Shown here: positions 25,353 through 39,921 of the stretch, in pieces
Layout: each line of letters begins with the position of its first letter
Numbering within the stretch: the stretch's first letter is position 1
Assembly (NCBI GenBank): GCA_963693365.1
Contig: CAVNZM010000012.1
Span: 9,118,001-9,182,000, forward strand
Source: Amoebidium appalachense
Taxonomy: Eukaryota; Protista; Ichthyosporea
Reading direction: 5' to 3'
DNA: 64,000 nucleotides
The notes under the pieces: model-generated
Told to the model about the DNA's origin: nothing
Seen by the model: only the letters and a program-made list of their open reading frames with translations
Database searches by the model: none
Translations under genes and position numbers: made by a program

Positions 25353-25786
25353 AGAAGAGAGAGAGAAGAGAGAAATAGAGATAGAGAGGTAGAGATAGAG
25401 AGCGAGAGAGAGATGAAGAGAGAGACAGGGGGAGAGAGAGAGATAGAGGATTGTGTGTTGTGCGCCTATGCTTGACTTTACATGGCCATGTGCATGCAAT
25501 TCCAAACCTAAATATATGCACTTTGGTTATTGTTCAACAGGTAACCAGCACACCAATTCCAAACAGATGCCGAGCAGAATTCAATTAGAATAGATTTCAA
25601 TCAACAAGCAACACTGACTTTGAATTTTTTCTCCGAAAACAAAGAATAAAATAGTGGCCAGCAAGTCTCCCCATGCACACCCATAAACCTCCTCCCCAAA
25701 AATCCCCACTCACGTTACACACCCACCCACCCACCCACCCACCCACCCACCCACCCACCCCTTTTTGTCGCCACCCGCACCCCCAC

Positions 25787-25949
25787 CCTTCCTCGTCCAG
25801 CCTCTCTCTGTCGGCCTTCAATCTGTCTGCTGCAGCCAGCAGGCTCTGTGCGTCGGCAGCCAAAGCCGCCAGAGCAGCGCCAGCCCGCTGAGGTCCGCCC
25901 CTAGCGCCGGGCTGTCCGCAATAAACCGTGCCACCGCCTCTACATCCAT
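25787..25949 (-). CDS. Probable first exon of an unidentified helical/coiled-coil protein (1-nt frameshift)
   Basis: ATG at 25949; MDVEAVARFIADSPALGADLSGL, then after a 1-nt shift AALAALAADAQSLLAAADRLKADRERLDEE; GT donor at 25786. GC-rich, coding-like composition. Confidence 0.4.
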
Positions 25950-26554
25950 GTTGACAAACAGTGGCTTGACTCCCCCACGGGCAACGAAATTCGGCAAAGA
26001 CCTGAAGTGAGTCCGAACTGTCGTCACGAACTGGCCCAGTTAAAACGGTTACGTAATTGCGCATCAGTCAGGAATGTAGCCATATATGGCTTTGCAATTA
26101 AGAAGAGCATTGGATGATAGCCCACTTGTTGAAACGACGTTGTGACAAACTTGTTGTGCGCCAGTTCAGGCTAAGGCGCAAAAACAGAACAAGAAACAAC
26201 CGAACACCTTAAAAACCGAAACAAAAAACAACAGCCTTTAGCGTTAACAAAGAAAGCTAAAAACAAAACATTGTGCACGGATTTGGTTCCTCGGCCACAT
26301 TTCAACGGGGGATTACACACCTTTGTGCATGGCCATGGCTATCCAATCGGCACAGACGGCTTTCACTGCACTGTGTAATGCAGCACAAGCCCCCCTTCTC
26401 CCCCCCCCCTTTCTTCCCCCTTCGCGCGCTCCATCTTTCAAAAGGCTTTGTCCAGGGTGTTTTAGAGCCTGACTCAGAAGCGAATGCCCTGGGTGGAATC
26501 CCGATTTCGAGATGGGGGGCGGGGGAGGGGAAAACGGGAGAAGGGAGGGGAGGT

Positions 26555-26598
<44 letters not shown>

Positions 26599-27100
26599 CG
26601 CTCAAGGGGGCGGGGGGGGGAAGGGAGGCAGTGTGTGCGTGCGTGTGTGTGTGGGTGTGTGTGTGTGTACATGACTTACATTGTGAGTGCGAATGTGTGT
26701 ATGTACGTGTGTGCGTGCGTGAGCGTGCGAGCGTGTGTGCGGGCGTGTGTGTTGCATGCATGTGGATGCACACACACACGCGGGTGTGCACGCGGGTGTG
26801 TATGCAGTGTTTGGTTCGTGTTTGTGTTTGTGTTTTTGTTTGTGCTTGTGTGCAGACAACACTGGTCGACGCAGTACATACCAGGGGAGGGGGGGGGGGG
26901 GGGGGGGGATCGCAGTCTACTAGAACACCCCCAATTTACCTGTTGAGCAGGAGTGGCCCCGGCCCAGGGCATGCCTGTGCACAGCATCTTGCAGATTTAT
27001 TATTAGTACTTTATGATAGCCATCACTGCCATTACAAGTAATGAAATCGGAAACTGGAATTGTCTCGGTTACATAGCACGAGAGCGCGCGCGGGCGCCCT

Positions 27101-27625
<525 letters not shown>

Positions 27626-27794
27626 CGTATGTATGTGTGTGTGTGTGCACGCATCGACAAGATAGGACTTGTGTGTTCGTGCGTACAAGTGTGTGTGTGC
27701 ACCCAAAGATATGGCAAGAAACAAAGAATAACACTACACCTGGATGGGTGTCGAAAAAAACCTTTAGAAATTCTGAAATAACGACCGTAAATAT

Positions 27795-28306
27795 TTTTCT
27801 TTTGACTGGATTTATTCAACGGAAAGATATGCAAGTATGCACGGCATACGGAGAAGACAATAAAAAACTTCACGAGTTATCCAGTAACAAGTGCATACTG
27901 AGATACCTGAACACTGTGTGAAAATCATATAAATACTCAATGTGACGACCAACAGAATTCAACAAAAAGTCTAAAGTGTTCACATTGCCAGCTAGTGTAG
28001 CAGATACCCGGAGGGAAAGAGGTAAAACGCGACATAAAAATTCACACCTATCAACATGCTTGCGATTAAAAAGGTCAGCACAAAAGTGGCACCAGCGGCG
28101 ATGAAAACAAGAATTACAGCGCCACTGCACAACTTCCCAGGCAATATCAACATCAGAGCACCATACAGACTTATCTACTAGGGTGGTATCCATACGTACA
28201 GCAGAAGAAATGTATCCTGCCAAAGCTCCCAAAAAGCGATAATGATCAGTACGGTGTTGCCTAAGGAACATAACACATGCCGACTGAGTTTTACCTTTGA
28301 TTTCTC
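27795..28306 (-). mobile_element. LINE 3' fragment, inverted copy of ~29300-29813
   Basis: Encodes WRCNSCFHRRWCHFCADLFNRKHVDRC...TLDFLLN; ends AATAAATCCAGTC plus a short A-rich tail on the minus strand. Confidence 0.85.
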
Positions 28307-28404
28307 GTAAATGTACTAGTCTTTCGAGATTAAGACTTCATAAAAAGAAAAATTACTCCGAGATAACTAAGGAAAGAAAGATCCGAGATAGGAAATAATG
28401 AAAT

Positions 28405-29813
28405 TCCGGGGTCTTCTGCAGGGGTCCCTCTTGAGTCCGTTGTTGTTAGACGTTTTCATCGACGATTTAGCCTGCGCCCTCGAACCTTTCAGCCAACTGC
28501 ATACCCGCCGTGTACCGGGTCTCCTTTTTGCGGACGATATTGTTCTTTGTTCCTTAACCGAAGACGTCATGCACCAGATGCTTCGTCAGGTGGATCAATG
28601 GTGCACCGAGAATCTCATGACAGTCGGAATTGCATCAGTGTGCTACTTTTTCGAAAAAAACTTCCTTTCGTTTGGCCGGTCTTCCTATTCCTGTTCAGAG
28701 CACCTATGACTATTTGGGTATTCCTTTTACTGCACGAGGTATTGATTTCCGCAAGCTCCTCACGGCACGGATCGCTAGTGCGAAGGGTAAGCTTCACATC
28801 GTGTCAAATATGTTTCAACGGGAGTCTGTGATCCATCCTGCGTACCTTCTTCTCTACTAAAACTTCTTTACGGCCGACTTTCGAATATGGACTTCCGCTA
28901 TTGGCCTGCGCCCCACCTCGCGAGGCGGCCGTGGCGCTGAAAGAGTTCGACGATTTTCAGGGTACTGCGCTGCGCACTTTGTTTCGTACTCGGTTTGTGC
29001 CTCCCTTAATCAGCATGTTTGGATTGTCGTCTGCTGTTTGTCGTAGAATTGTCTCTTCGTTTTTGTTTTCATTTAGTTAGGGTACCTGATGGTCACCCTC
29101 TTGATGCTTCCTTTCCCCCCCCTCCCTCCATCCCTCTTCCCCCCCGATTCACCAACGCCGCTTCTGAATGTTTCAGCCTACCCTCTTTCAACCTGATTCT
29201 TCCTCTCGCTATCTCACTCCCTCTTTCTTTTCTCTTCCTGTTTTTTTTTGGATTTTCGAGTTATTACCATACACAGTATAAGTTTCTTTCTCGTTCTGAT
29301 AGAGAAATCAAAGGTAGAACTCAGTCGGCATGTGTTATGTTCCTTAGGCAACACCGTACTGATCATTATCGCTTTTTGGGAGCTTTGGCAGGATACATTT
29401 CTCCTGCTGTACGTATGGATACCACCCTAGTTGATAAGTCTGTATGGTGCTCTGATGTTGATATTGCCTGGGAAGTTGTGCAGTGGCGGTGTAATTCTTG
29501 TCCATCGCCGCTGGTGCCACTTTTGTGCTGAACTTTTTAATCGAAAGCATGTTGATAGGTGTGAGTTTTTATGTCGCGTTTTACCTCTTTCCCTATGGGT
29601 GTCTGCTACACTGGCTGGCAATGTGAACACCTAGTAGACTTTTTGTTGAATTCTGTTGGTCGTCACATTGAGTATTTATATGTTTTTCACACAGTGTTCA
29701 GGTATCTCAGTATGCACTTGTTACTGAATAACTCGTGAAATTTTTATTGTCTTGAAGACTTCTCAGTATGCCGTGCATACTTGCATATCTTTCCGTCGCA
29801 TAAATCCAGTCAA
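28405..29813 (+). mobile_element. 5'-truncated, decayed LINE (RT to 3' end)
   Basis: RGLLQGSLLSPLL..FIDDL, LLFADDIV, YDYLGIPF, FEYGLPL; stops and frameshifts; same 3' terminus as the adjacent inverted copy. Confidence 0.88.
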
Positions 29814-29990
29814 CTGACACACAAACATTCGCACATGTATATACCACACACCACGCACACACACATAAACACTGAGTCAGACACACGGACACGCACACAA
29901 AAGCACACACACACACAAACACACACACACGTGCACACACCTACACTCATGCACACATGCACACGTGCGTGTTTGGGTGAACACTCGAGC

Positions 29991-30029
<39 letters not shown>

Positions 30030-30189
30030 CTGTTCCTACCTCCTGCTTCTCTTTCTCGTTCAGGCTTAGGCCACAACACCACTCTCCCTCGCCCATTGTC
30101 CTTCCTTTTTACTTTTTCCTCCCTGCCTTCATTAACCTCTCCTCCTGTGTTTCCTAAATGCAAATGGGTTTCAAAAGGATGTCCCCCGA

Positions 30190-30223
<34 letters not shown>

Positions 30224-30753
30224 AGAGGAGGCGGGAACAGCTGGAGGTAACCACCCCGGTTATCAAAGGTGATGGCTTAGTGGTGGGGGCTGATCTTCAC
30301 CTTGCTGCCATATTTAGAACTCATTTTTAGGCCTCTACACTACATATTTAAGCGCTGAAAATAAACTAAAGATACTCCATAGAAGCCTTAAGAATAGTGT
30401 TCTTTGTGTCAAAGACCCCCGGGGGGGGGGGGGGGGGGGGGGCAGTACATCTCCACATATGATGTGCATCGTGTAATGTCGATTTTACATGTGCATTTCG
30501 TTGGGTGGAAGTACTGGTTACCTTAATAACTTCACCTCATCACAGTTCACATCCATGTCTGTAATACACAGCACATTTAAATATCCCTCTTGATTGCAAC
30601 TGATCGCCCCATAAAAGTTGATGGAAGAATTCACGCTTTCTCCGCAATACATTCATACTCCCTGGATATATCAACTTCTTATTGGGGGGGAAGTGGCAGG
30701 CGGAGGGGGGGGGGGGGGGGAGGGGGGGACGGGATACTTTCTATTGTGATGTG

Positions 30754-30804
<51 letters not shown>

Positions 30805-30857
30805 AAAAAGGAAAGAAAACACACACACACACACATGTACACCCATACACACACACA

Positions 30858-31053
30858 GAGGCTCTGCAGCTCGGTGTTGTGGAGCATCGTCGGGACCCAG
30901 AGTTCAACAAAAATTCAAGAGCACTGCCACCACAGTTGGAATGGTGTGTGGGTGCGCTTGTGTGTGTTCATTACTATCAGAACCACATGCACACAAGCAC
31001 AAGCACAGACACACACACACACACACACGCAAACACACACACACACACACACA

Positions 31054-31108
<55 letters not shown>

Positions 31109-31110
31109 GA

Positions 31111-31185
<75 letters not shown>

Positions 31186-31548
31186 TCTCTCTCTCTCTTC
31201 CATCCGGTCCCTCTCCCCTCCCCTCCCCCTCCCCTCTCCCCCCGCCCCCCCCTTCTGCACCATCACCAAGAGGAATGCCTCCACAATATGGTAGATAAGG
31301 AAAATCAAACCTCTGCCCCAATACAGCAATGCACATGCACCCGCGCATATAGACACTCGGGGTATACCGCTTGGTGCAAACATCCCTCCCCTCTAAAACC
31401 TCCCCCACCCTAACACTAACCCTGCCCCCTCCCCCCCCTTGCTCCCCATCGCCGTCCCGGCAGATGACTGTGCAAAAACCAGATGGATGGGCGGCGAGAT
31501 TTGTCGAATTTCACTTTGGACCCCAGTGCCGTGCCCAGTTTCCTAATT
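30858..31548 (+). CDS. Possible short exons of an unknown gene
   Basis: AG/GT-bounded segments reading ALQLGVVEHRRDPEFNKNSRALPPQLE and MTVQKPDGWAARFVEFHFGPQCRAQFPN between microsatellite-rich introns. No homology recognised. Confidence 0.3.
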
Positions 31549-31892
31549 CGTATGTGCACATGCAATGAGGGGTGCATTGTAAATGTGGAAGATCAATCCG
31601 AGTTTCATGTGAGATAGCACGGGATGCAAACACGTGTATATGCACGCTGTGCGGGGGGAGGGTGGGGGGGGGGAGGGGGGGGGGAGGTGCAGTTGGGGGG
31701 GGAGGGGGGGAGGCAGGGTGTGGGGGGGCGGGGCGGGGGGAAAGGGGGGGGGGGGGAGGGGGGGGAGGGGGAAGGGCACAAAATGAAATCATGAAGTTGG
31801 CCCATCTTCCCTTTTCACACCCAACCAGCACCACCACGTGCCCACATCAGAAGTTTCTTTATACCTCAGCCCTCAAAGTAGCGGCCACAATA

Positions 31893-31926
<34 letters not shown>

Positions 31927-33279
31927 CCCCCCTCCTCTCCCTCCGCCTCCTCTCCCTCCCCAATATACAAGTATATTGATACGGTAGACCTCAGGTATAA
32001 TGCCTCTTTAGAAATGCCTTATTGCATATCGAATCTCTCTCTCGCCGGTAGCCTTCGACTACTTTTGTTGGGGGGGGGCATGGCGCTCCTTTCAAGGTGC
32101 TGGCTATTCTCTTGGTATTTTAAGATACATTCCACCCCAGATTCATATTTCTGATAATGCCAGTGCCCATTCTTTGTGCTGCAGGCAAACTGTCCGGTAT
32201 CCGTCCCACAATCAGATGGCTCAAACCATCGCATTCACCATAGCCGGGCAGTAGCTCAAACCAACCGGTTACCATCCAACAACAGTGCCGGCAGCAAAGC
32301 TGTGCAACCTGCATTTGCACTTGGCGCGCGTGGCCATACACATGTCTGTATGACAGTGGAGCTAGGCAGCCAGGCGATACAAGGTCACCCATACATCTCT
32401 GCTGAAAACACTCTGTCTGTCGTAATGTGTCATGGTAATCCCACCGTCCCCCAAACCACCCAACAAAGATGCATGCAAGCACCGAGCTGCTACCGTTCAA
32501 CCTAGCCAAGACTTTGCCCCCAACCTTCTCGGTGTATTGCATCACTGATCGATAATGCCTCTCCTTCCGTGTTTCCGAATTCCTCCCTCCACCCCCCCCC
32601 CCCCCCCCCCCCCCCTCGCCCCCCTTCGCTGCCCATCTCCCCCCCCACCCCCCCATGCCGCCCCCCTCCTCCTCCCCCCTCCTTTCCTCCCCTCCGCCCC
32701 ACTCCCCTCCCCCTCCCCCCCCCCCCCCCCCCCACGCGTGTGCAAACCCACATCCTTCCCCCTTAGCATACAAGCACATGTGCACCCGTGCTCACCCTTC
32801 CTCCTTGCAGCTAGAAAATGGTCGCCAAAGGTGTGTGCACATCCCTTCCCCCTCCTCCCCCTCCCCTCCCCCCTCCCCTCCCCCCCCCCCCTCCCCTCCC
32901 CCCTCCTCACGTCCTTTCCCTTCTCCTCCAATTTCCACCCCGTCTTTCAACTTTATGCCCGTTGGCTCTGCACATTCATTTCTAATCCAAGTACATACTT
33001 GCAATTTAATCTGCTTCCATGGTACTATGACATTCCGTGTTCATTTTCTTTTAGAAACATTTTTTACACATTCATTGCCTTTTTTGGCATGTTCATTTCC
33101 TAATCACCATTTGTCTCACATTTTTTTACAGTGACAACACATCCGTTTCCTTTCATAGCACACTAGTCTTCTTTTATGAGGACAGGTGCACATGTTCTTT
33201 CTCGTGTCAATGCACTGTCTCGTGCATGCACGTGCAACACCCGTGTACAACATAAGGTCTCCGTCTTCATAGCCCTACT

Positions 33280-33326
<47 letters not shown>

Positions 33327-33991
33327 ACCACCACCACCCTTTCCCACCCACACCCATACACGAGGCTTGAATGTACTTTTTGATCAGTATGCCAGACTAT
33401 CCTCTTCTCCTCAGCCGTCCACCTTCACTCACTCAAGAGCCTCTCTCAAACCCCCTTCTCCCCCCTCCCCCCTCCCCCCCTCCCCCTTTAACCCCCCACC
33501 CCTTCGATCTCCAATTTAACCCCTATTCCTCTATCGAATGACCCACCTGTTTTTGGCACCAGTGCCTAACCTTTAACAAATTTCGCTTTGGACCCCAGCG
33601 TGATTTCCATTCTCCTGGCATGGGGGGCCAGGGCACTCGCAAGGTGGACTGGAAAATCTTTAAGAGTGACATTCATTTGCGATTTTGGTGCGGTGGAGTA
33701 CGGAAAGCAAACACGTGCGGATGCCCAACATAGCAGGGGGAGGGGAGGGGAGGGGGGGGAGGGGGTCGGGGAAGGAGGGAAGGGGGAGAGGAAGTGTCCT
33801 GGAGGTGGGTTTGGGGGGGGGGGGGGGGGGGGGTAGGGAAGATACTATCATAAATATTATTTTAGATTATGTCACGTGTTGTATGTTAGTACCAGACCTG
33901 ATAATGTGTGCAAGTATGTATGCCATGAGTGCTATAAAAATGTGGCCTCAGTGAAGGCCCAACCACATCGGCAGAGTCAACTTGCAACTTG

Positions 33992-34265
33992 AAGCAGAAT
34001 TATTCTGCAAAAGCGGAATTATTCTGCAAAAAGCAGAATTATTCTGCAAAAGCAAATCACTCTGCTTTCAAGTAGCAGAATTATTCTGCTTGTAGCAGAA
34101 TTATTCCGCAAAAGCAGATTCGCTCTACTTTTAGCAGCATTATTCTGCTTTCGCCAAGAGAAGAATTATTCTGTTTTCGACAGCAGAATAAATTTGCTTT
34201 TGGCGGAATTATTCTGCTAAAAGCAGAATGATTTTTGCTTTTAGAAGATTGATTCTGCTTTTAGC
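33992..34265. repeat. Tandem array of ~19-21-bp palindromic units (GCAGAATTATTCTGC), about 14 copies
   Basis: Core GCAGAAT-T-ATTCTGC separated by AAAA or TTTT linkers. Confidence 0.9.
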
Positions 34266-34561
34266 TTCGTACGTATCAAGAGGCATATTAGTTAGATGAC
34301 TGTATCAGCTTATCCGTTTGAGCAACTTCCTCAACATTGAATGCACCAGGCCGAGTCCAAAAAACCATCTGCAATAGGACCCCCCCCCCCCCCCCCCCTC
34401 CCCTCCCCTCCCCCCTCCCTGCACCGACCGAAAAGCATTTGTCTGGGATGGTTTAGAGGACGTGTGTAGGCTTTTTTACTTTGTTTTTTGTTTTGTTTTT
34501 TTCCAACCGTTTTTTTTTTTTTTTTTTGGTTGGTTGGTTGGTTGGTTGGTTGGTTGGTTGG

Positions 34562-34607
<46 letters not shown>

Positions 34608-34961
34608 AACTTGAAGGCTGCATGCCACGGAGTGTATGTCTTGTGGCATATTTGCCTTCAAGAGTCACCGTATCAAATTCTTTCGATTTCACATCCTCTA
34701 GTATCAGGCTGCGCTTTCAGGCATATATAGCATTAGAAAGGGTTGGGATTGGCAGTATGGGTTGTCCCACAATCAACTGGATCGATGCCAGTTGACGACA
34801 TGGCATGGTCGGGCCTTTGGCTGTCGGCGAGCAGACCCGCTAACTTGCACAATAGTGGCTTGAAGGCTCTCGTCCACATACTGTCTGGTGAAGAAAATCA
34901 AGGGCATGGTTGTGGCCACAACACATACACACACACATACACCCACACACACCTCACACAT

Positions 34962-35088
<127 letters not shown>

Positions 35089-35249
35089 CACACACACATG
35101 CTGTGTGACGCACAAGATGAAATAGAAGGAATGAAAGAAAGGGAAGAGCCTCAGGGGAGAAAGAAAAAAAATGAAAGAAAAAAAGAACATGATCAAAAGG
35201 CACTGTAACCACCACGTCAACCATCACGTACAGTACATATGCAGTCCGC

Positions 35250-35290
<41 letters not shown>

Positions 35291-36331
35291 CCTCCCCCCG
35301 CCGCCGCCGCCAGCCCAGCCGTCCAGCCGTCCGGCCGACCTGCCTGGCAGCCTGCCCACCCTGTCCACCCACCCGTCTGCCCCCAAGGTCACATATACAT
35401 GCACACTCATATAAAAAGCACACGCGCTTTCCCCATTGCCCCTAAATTCACCGATACCCGGGGGGAGGGGGGGGGGGGGGTCTTGCAAAAGTCATAAACA
35501 TAGCAACAACATTTGAGGGTACACGGTACCGATCTGATATCTTCAACCACTTATATACAGACTTGACATCGACAAGTAAAGAGTCTTAAACCATACCACA
35601 ACACTGTACAAGGTCAAGCAGTAAGCTCAAATTTAAATATAAAAGGGCAGTAGTTAATATGATATGGTGTACAAGTAGGTCTGTGCCGGCGCCAAAACAT
35701 AACGAGACAGTTATTGATGTTGGGTTGTGTGGTTGTTACCTCCCTCCCCCCTCCCCCCCCCCCCCCCCCCCCCCCTCCCGCTTCCCCCCACCCCCCCGCC
35801 TGGCCCCCCCACCTCACGCTCCCCCCCCCCCCCCCCCCAATCCTGCAGTTGCCGGATCTGCCAAATGTTATGACCCTTTTCCCTTTCATTTGAACCCCCC
35901 CCCCCCCCCCATCCCCCCCCCCTCCCCCCTTTCTTGCCACACTGTGTTATCAGTCTAGGGAGAGATTGCCATTGCCGAAGTACCAAGTTTACTTGTACAC
36001 GTGGTCCTCCAAAAACATGTAGCTGAAAACCACCAAGTGCAATATGTTCTAAATTGCTTGCAAAATTTTTATGATATTATTATTATCTTGTTGTTTTACT
36101 TATTTTACAGAACTGTTTGGTAACCCCCTATATGATATGCATGGGCAGGTAATAAAACTTTCCACGTGCACTGAGTGCCAGGTGGGCAACATATTTCAGT
36201 GAAGTCTGGAATTGGCACCCCCCCCCCGAAATGTTCCCGAACATAAAATCATCATTCTACGGTGTCTGTCAATATACCATGCTCACAAGTCAGTACTGCA
36301 ATTATACTATTCTCAGTTTACTTCAAAGCAT

Positions 36332-36370
<39 letters not shown>

Positions 36371-36419
36371 CCCTCTTCCCATTCCCTGCCCCCCAAAAAT
36401 TTTTATTTTATGTTTTTCT

Positions 36420-37210
36420 CCCTCCGGCGCGCCAGCGTATGAATGAATTAGGAGTTCGCTTTTGTTTTCATTTGGTTAGGCTTCCTTCTTATCATCCTTT
36501 GTTGCAATTCTTTCCTTCTTTAGCACATGTTCCCGGCATTTCTTTTGTTCGTGCGAAATGTCCTATCCCCAATCTCTCTCCCATTCCGAGATATCCTTTT
36601 AAATACTTATCTCCTTTATTTTTCTCTTCTATTAGTTATCAGCGGTATGTTACCGGGTTTCATACTCAATATCCTTTGCTTCATCGTTGTGATAAAGAGT
36701 ATCATGGTAGGGCTCTTGAGCCTGTGCTTCTTTTTATATTAGAGACTCGTCTATTTTCTTTACAATCATTGTGTAAATTAGCTACTTATTTTTATCCTTC
36801 CTCTCGTATGCCTACCACACTTACCGATTTTGCAATTCTAACCCCTCCTTGTGACATAGCTTAGAAATGTTTATTTTGGCGCTGTAACCTTTGTTTCCAT
36901 AAATGTTTGTGCCACTTTTGTGCAGAACCTTTTTCTCGTAAACACTTAGATAGATGTGTTCATTTATCTCAGATTATTCCGTTAGAAATTAGAAGACTGG
37001 CTTATTTAGATAATCCTGCTATTACGTCTATTGACTATCTGTTGAACCACGGTATGTTAATGAGTTTTCTAGGGTGTATGATTATTTAAGTCGTTATCTC
37101 CTCCGTATCCGAGAGCGAGGGCTTTTGTATTTCCTTCTCCGAGATATCGGTGATATCTCGATGGCTTCTATTTTGCTGAGCATATCAATAAAGTCATTAT
37201 AAAAAAAAAA
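36420..37210 (+). mobile_element. LINE 3' fragment, diverged relative of the 28405-29813 family
   Basis: ELGVRFCFHLVRLPSYHPL and WRCNLCFHKCLCHFCAEPFSRKHLDRC...IDYLLN match the other copy at protein level; AATAAA then A10 at 37201-37210. Confidence 0.8.
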
Positions 37211-37551
37211 TATTTTTTAATACTCAGTGACTAAAAGCATGGCACCCGTGTTTTCTAGATATATTTCCTTTCATTGTGTTCAACGTCTATGTGTGTGTGT
37301 GTGTGTGTGTGCATGTTTGTGTGTGTGTGAATGTGTGTGTGTGGGCCAAGTGAAGGTTGTATGTGTTTTTGTCTTCTTAGTACTTGTTTTTGTATTCTAT
37401 TCGATTATTACTTTGTGTGTACATGTGGAAAAAAAACAAAAAAAAAAAATTACCATTGACCACCGCCCAGCTTGAATCACCCTAGCTCTAGTGTAAAAAA
37501 ATAATCATTACCAGCCACAAACCCTTCTAGTACACTCGCCCTAAATGTCAT

Positions 37552-39793
37552 GCTTGCTAGTATGAATCGATTTGGCCCCCCTGCTCGTATTATTGGTGAT
37601 ACCACTGGAGACCCCCTCATAGACTCTGATAAGTATTTCTCGGAACTGTTTAAAGATAGGACCCCCGCTCAGAAACCTATTGTGTGGCCTGTAGACCCAT
37701 CTATCCCCATAGAATCGATCCTCCCCTTTTTCAGTCCCGATGCCATATGGTCTGTGATATCTAGTTATAGCTCTAGTAAGTCTTGTGGACCTGATGGACT
37801 CCCTGCTGGGTTTCTTAAAATCCTTGTTCCCTCCTACCCACAAAAGGAAAGTGATCGTGCTATTAAACCTGATCTTACTATCATGTTAAGCTCTCTCTTT
37901 TCTTGGTGTGTTAAATGTGGACATGTCCCGTCATCTTGGTTAGATACCTTAGTGATCCCCATAGTTAAGAAGGACTCTGAGGGCCCCATATCATCCTTTC
38001 GCCCCATTACACTAACCCAGGTTGTTCGTAGATTCTTTGAAGCTTGCTTACTTAGGTTATTTGCACATCACCCTAGGTTTCAATCTATTCTTCACATACA
38101 CCCATGCCAATCCGCTTTTCGTAAAAACAATTCATGTTATGTTCAAATAATGGCACTGCACGATTCTATGCAAGTTGGTGCACAATATGTTGGCTTTATT
38201 GATTGGAAAACTGCTTACGATTCTGTCTCCCCTGGTCTCCTATGGGAAAAGCTTGCTGCACGGGGTGTACCACACTGCATTGGTGTTCTGTTAGAAGCAC
38301 TCTTGTCTCAAACCTATGGTAGAGCTGTGGTTAATGGGCATCTTTCATATGGTTTTGCTCGTACTAGAGGTCTCTTGCAGGGTTCATTGCTTAGCCCCTT
38401 TTTGTTTAACCTATTTATAGATGATTTGGCTGTCAAGATTTACGCCGAAAACGATGACCCTATTAATAACTTTCCGCCTGCACTTCTCTATGCTGATGAT
38501 CTGTCCCTCCTTGCCCGTACCCCTAGACGCCTGCAAAGATTGTTCGATGTAGTGTCAGAGTGGTGCAAGGCAAACCTTATGATCCTTAACATAGACAAAT
38601 GTGGTGTTCTTGTACCTGATATAGCTAACAATTTACACACATTTACATTATCATCTAAACCTGTACCTATAGTTCCAGAATACAAATATCTTGGTGTTCC
38701 GGTTGATTCTGTTGGTGTTATGTTTCCCCATATGGTCGAAAAGAGGGTAGAGTTGGCTCGTAAGCGGTTAGCTTTCTTCTCGGCTAATATTTTTAAAGAC
38801 ACACCCCTCCATCCTTCTATTAGACTTACATTTATTCGCACTTTTGTCTTCCCGGCATGTGAATATGGTTTACCCCTTCTCGCCGCTTGGATCAAGAAAG
38901 AGAGAACTAGAGCGCTTAAACCCTTGGCAAATTTCCTTGAAGCAGAAGTTGCCTCCTTTCTATCTAACAACTGTTGTAAACCTGGGCCTGTAACGCTCTC
39001 GATATATGGTCTGGTCCCAATAGCTGCTAGAGTATCCTATCTCGCGCTGAAATTCAATAAGCACATAAGCCGCTTAAAGAAGTATTTGCCCTCCCACCCT
39101 CTCTTCTCTATCCGACCTGTCCCCTCCTCACCTCTCCCCTCTTTCCTCCCCTCTCTCTCCCCTTCTCCCCTGGGCACAAATACAAATAAACCCCGCAATA
39201 GTGTGTGTGTGACTTTGGACTGCCACTTACTTATTAAACATGTACACAATCACAAGATAATCACGCAATATAACAAATGGAAAAAGATACCACACGACAC
39301 TAGACCCGATGAAAGCATACACCTTGAAAAACTAAGCCTTATGTCTCGTTTTATATATACTGACCGCCTCAACCATATTGCCAAATATGGCACTCGCAAG
39401 TGTATAACACCTAAATACATATTACCTTCCTGTAGAACTGGTCTTTCTCTAGCTGATGGTATTATTGATCAATCACCACGCTTTTACTGTACACGTGCTA
39501 TACAGTGGAGATCTAATAAGTATAAGGTGGCATCATTTGCATGCCCAAACAACACACACACACACCAGTTTAACCGGTCATGTATCGCCAAATGTAGTTT
39601 GATAGACCACATAATACCGCAACACACACACGTCACATTCACAACAGACACCCAGAAAGATAGCCTACCTGTAAATTACAACATCCTTGATTTTATACTA
39701 AACACGCGTAACTACGACCTGTTTATTAGATGTATTGATTGGCTTGAGAAACACATCACTACAAAATTATAGCGCACGCGCACACACACACAC

Positions 39794-39848
<55 letters not shown>

Positions 39849-39880
39849 CCAGCTGATACCGAGTGTCCCGAGGGGAGCCC

Positions 39881-39921
<41 letters not shown>

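Noticed and set aside
27795-29813. Penelope-like or DIRS element with inverted terminal repeats
   Set aside because: The RT motifs (QGSLLSP, FADD) and AATAAA/A-rich end are LINE-type; no GIY-YIG or tyrosine recombinase is visible.
33992-34265. Heat-shock element array
   Set aside because: Spacing is GAA-N3-TTC, not the GAA-N2-TTC of canonical HSEs.
32176-34900. Coding-like islands at ~32185-32500, ~33585-33645 and ~34610-34885
   Set aside because: I could not assemble a consistent stop-free exon chain or recognise a family.
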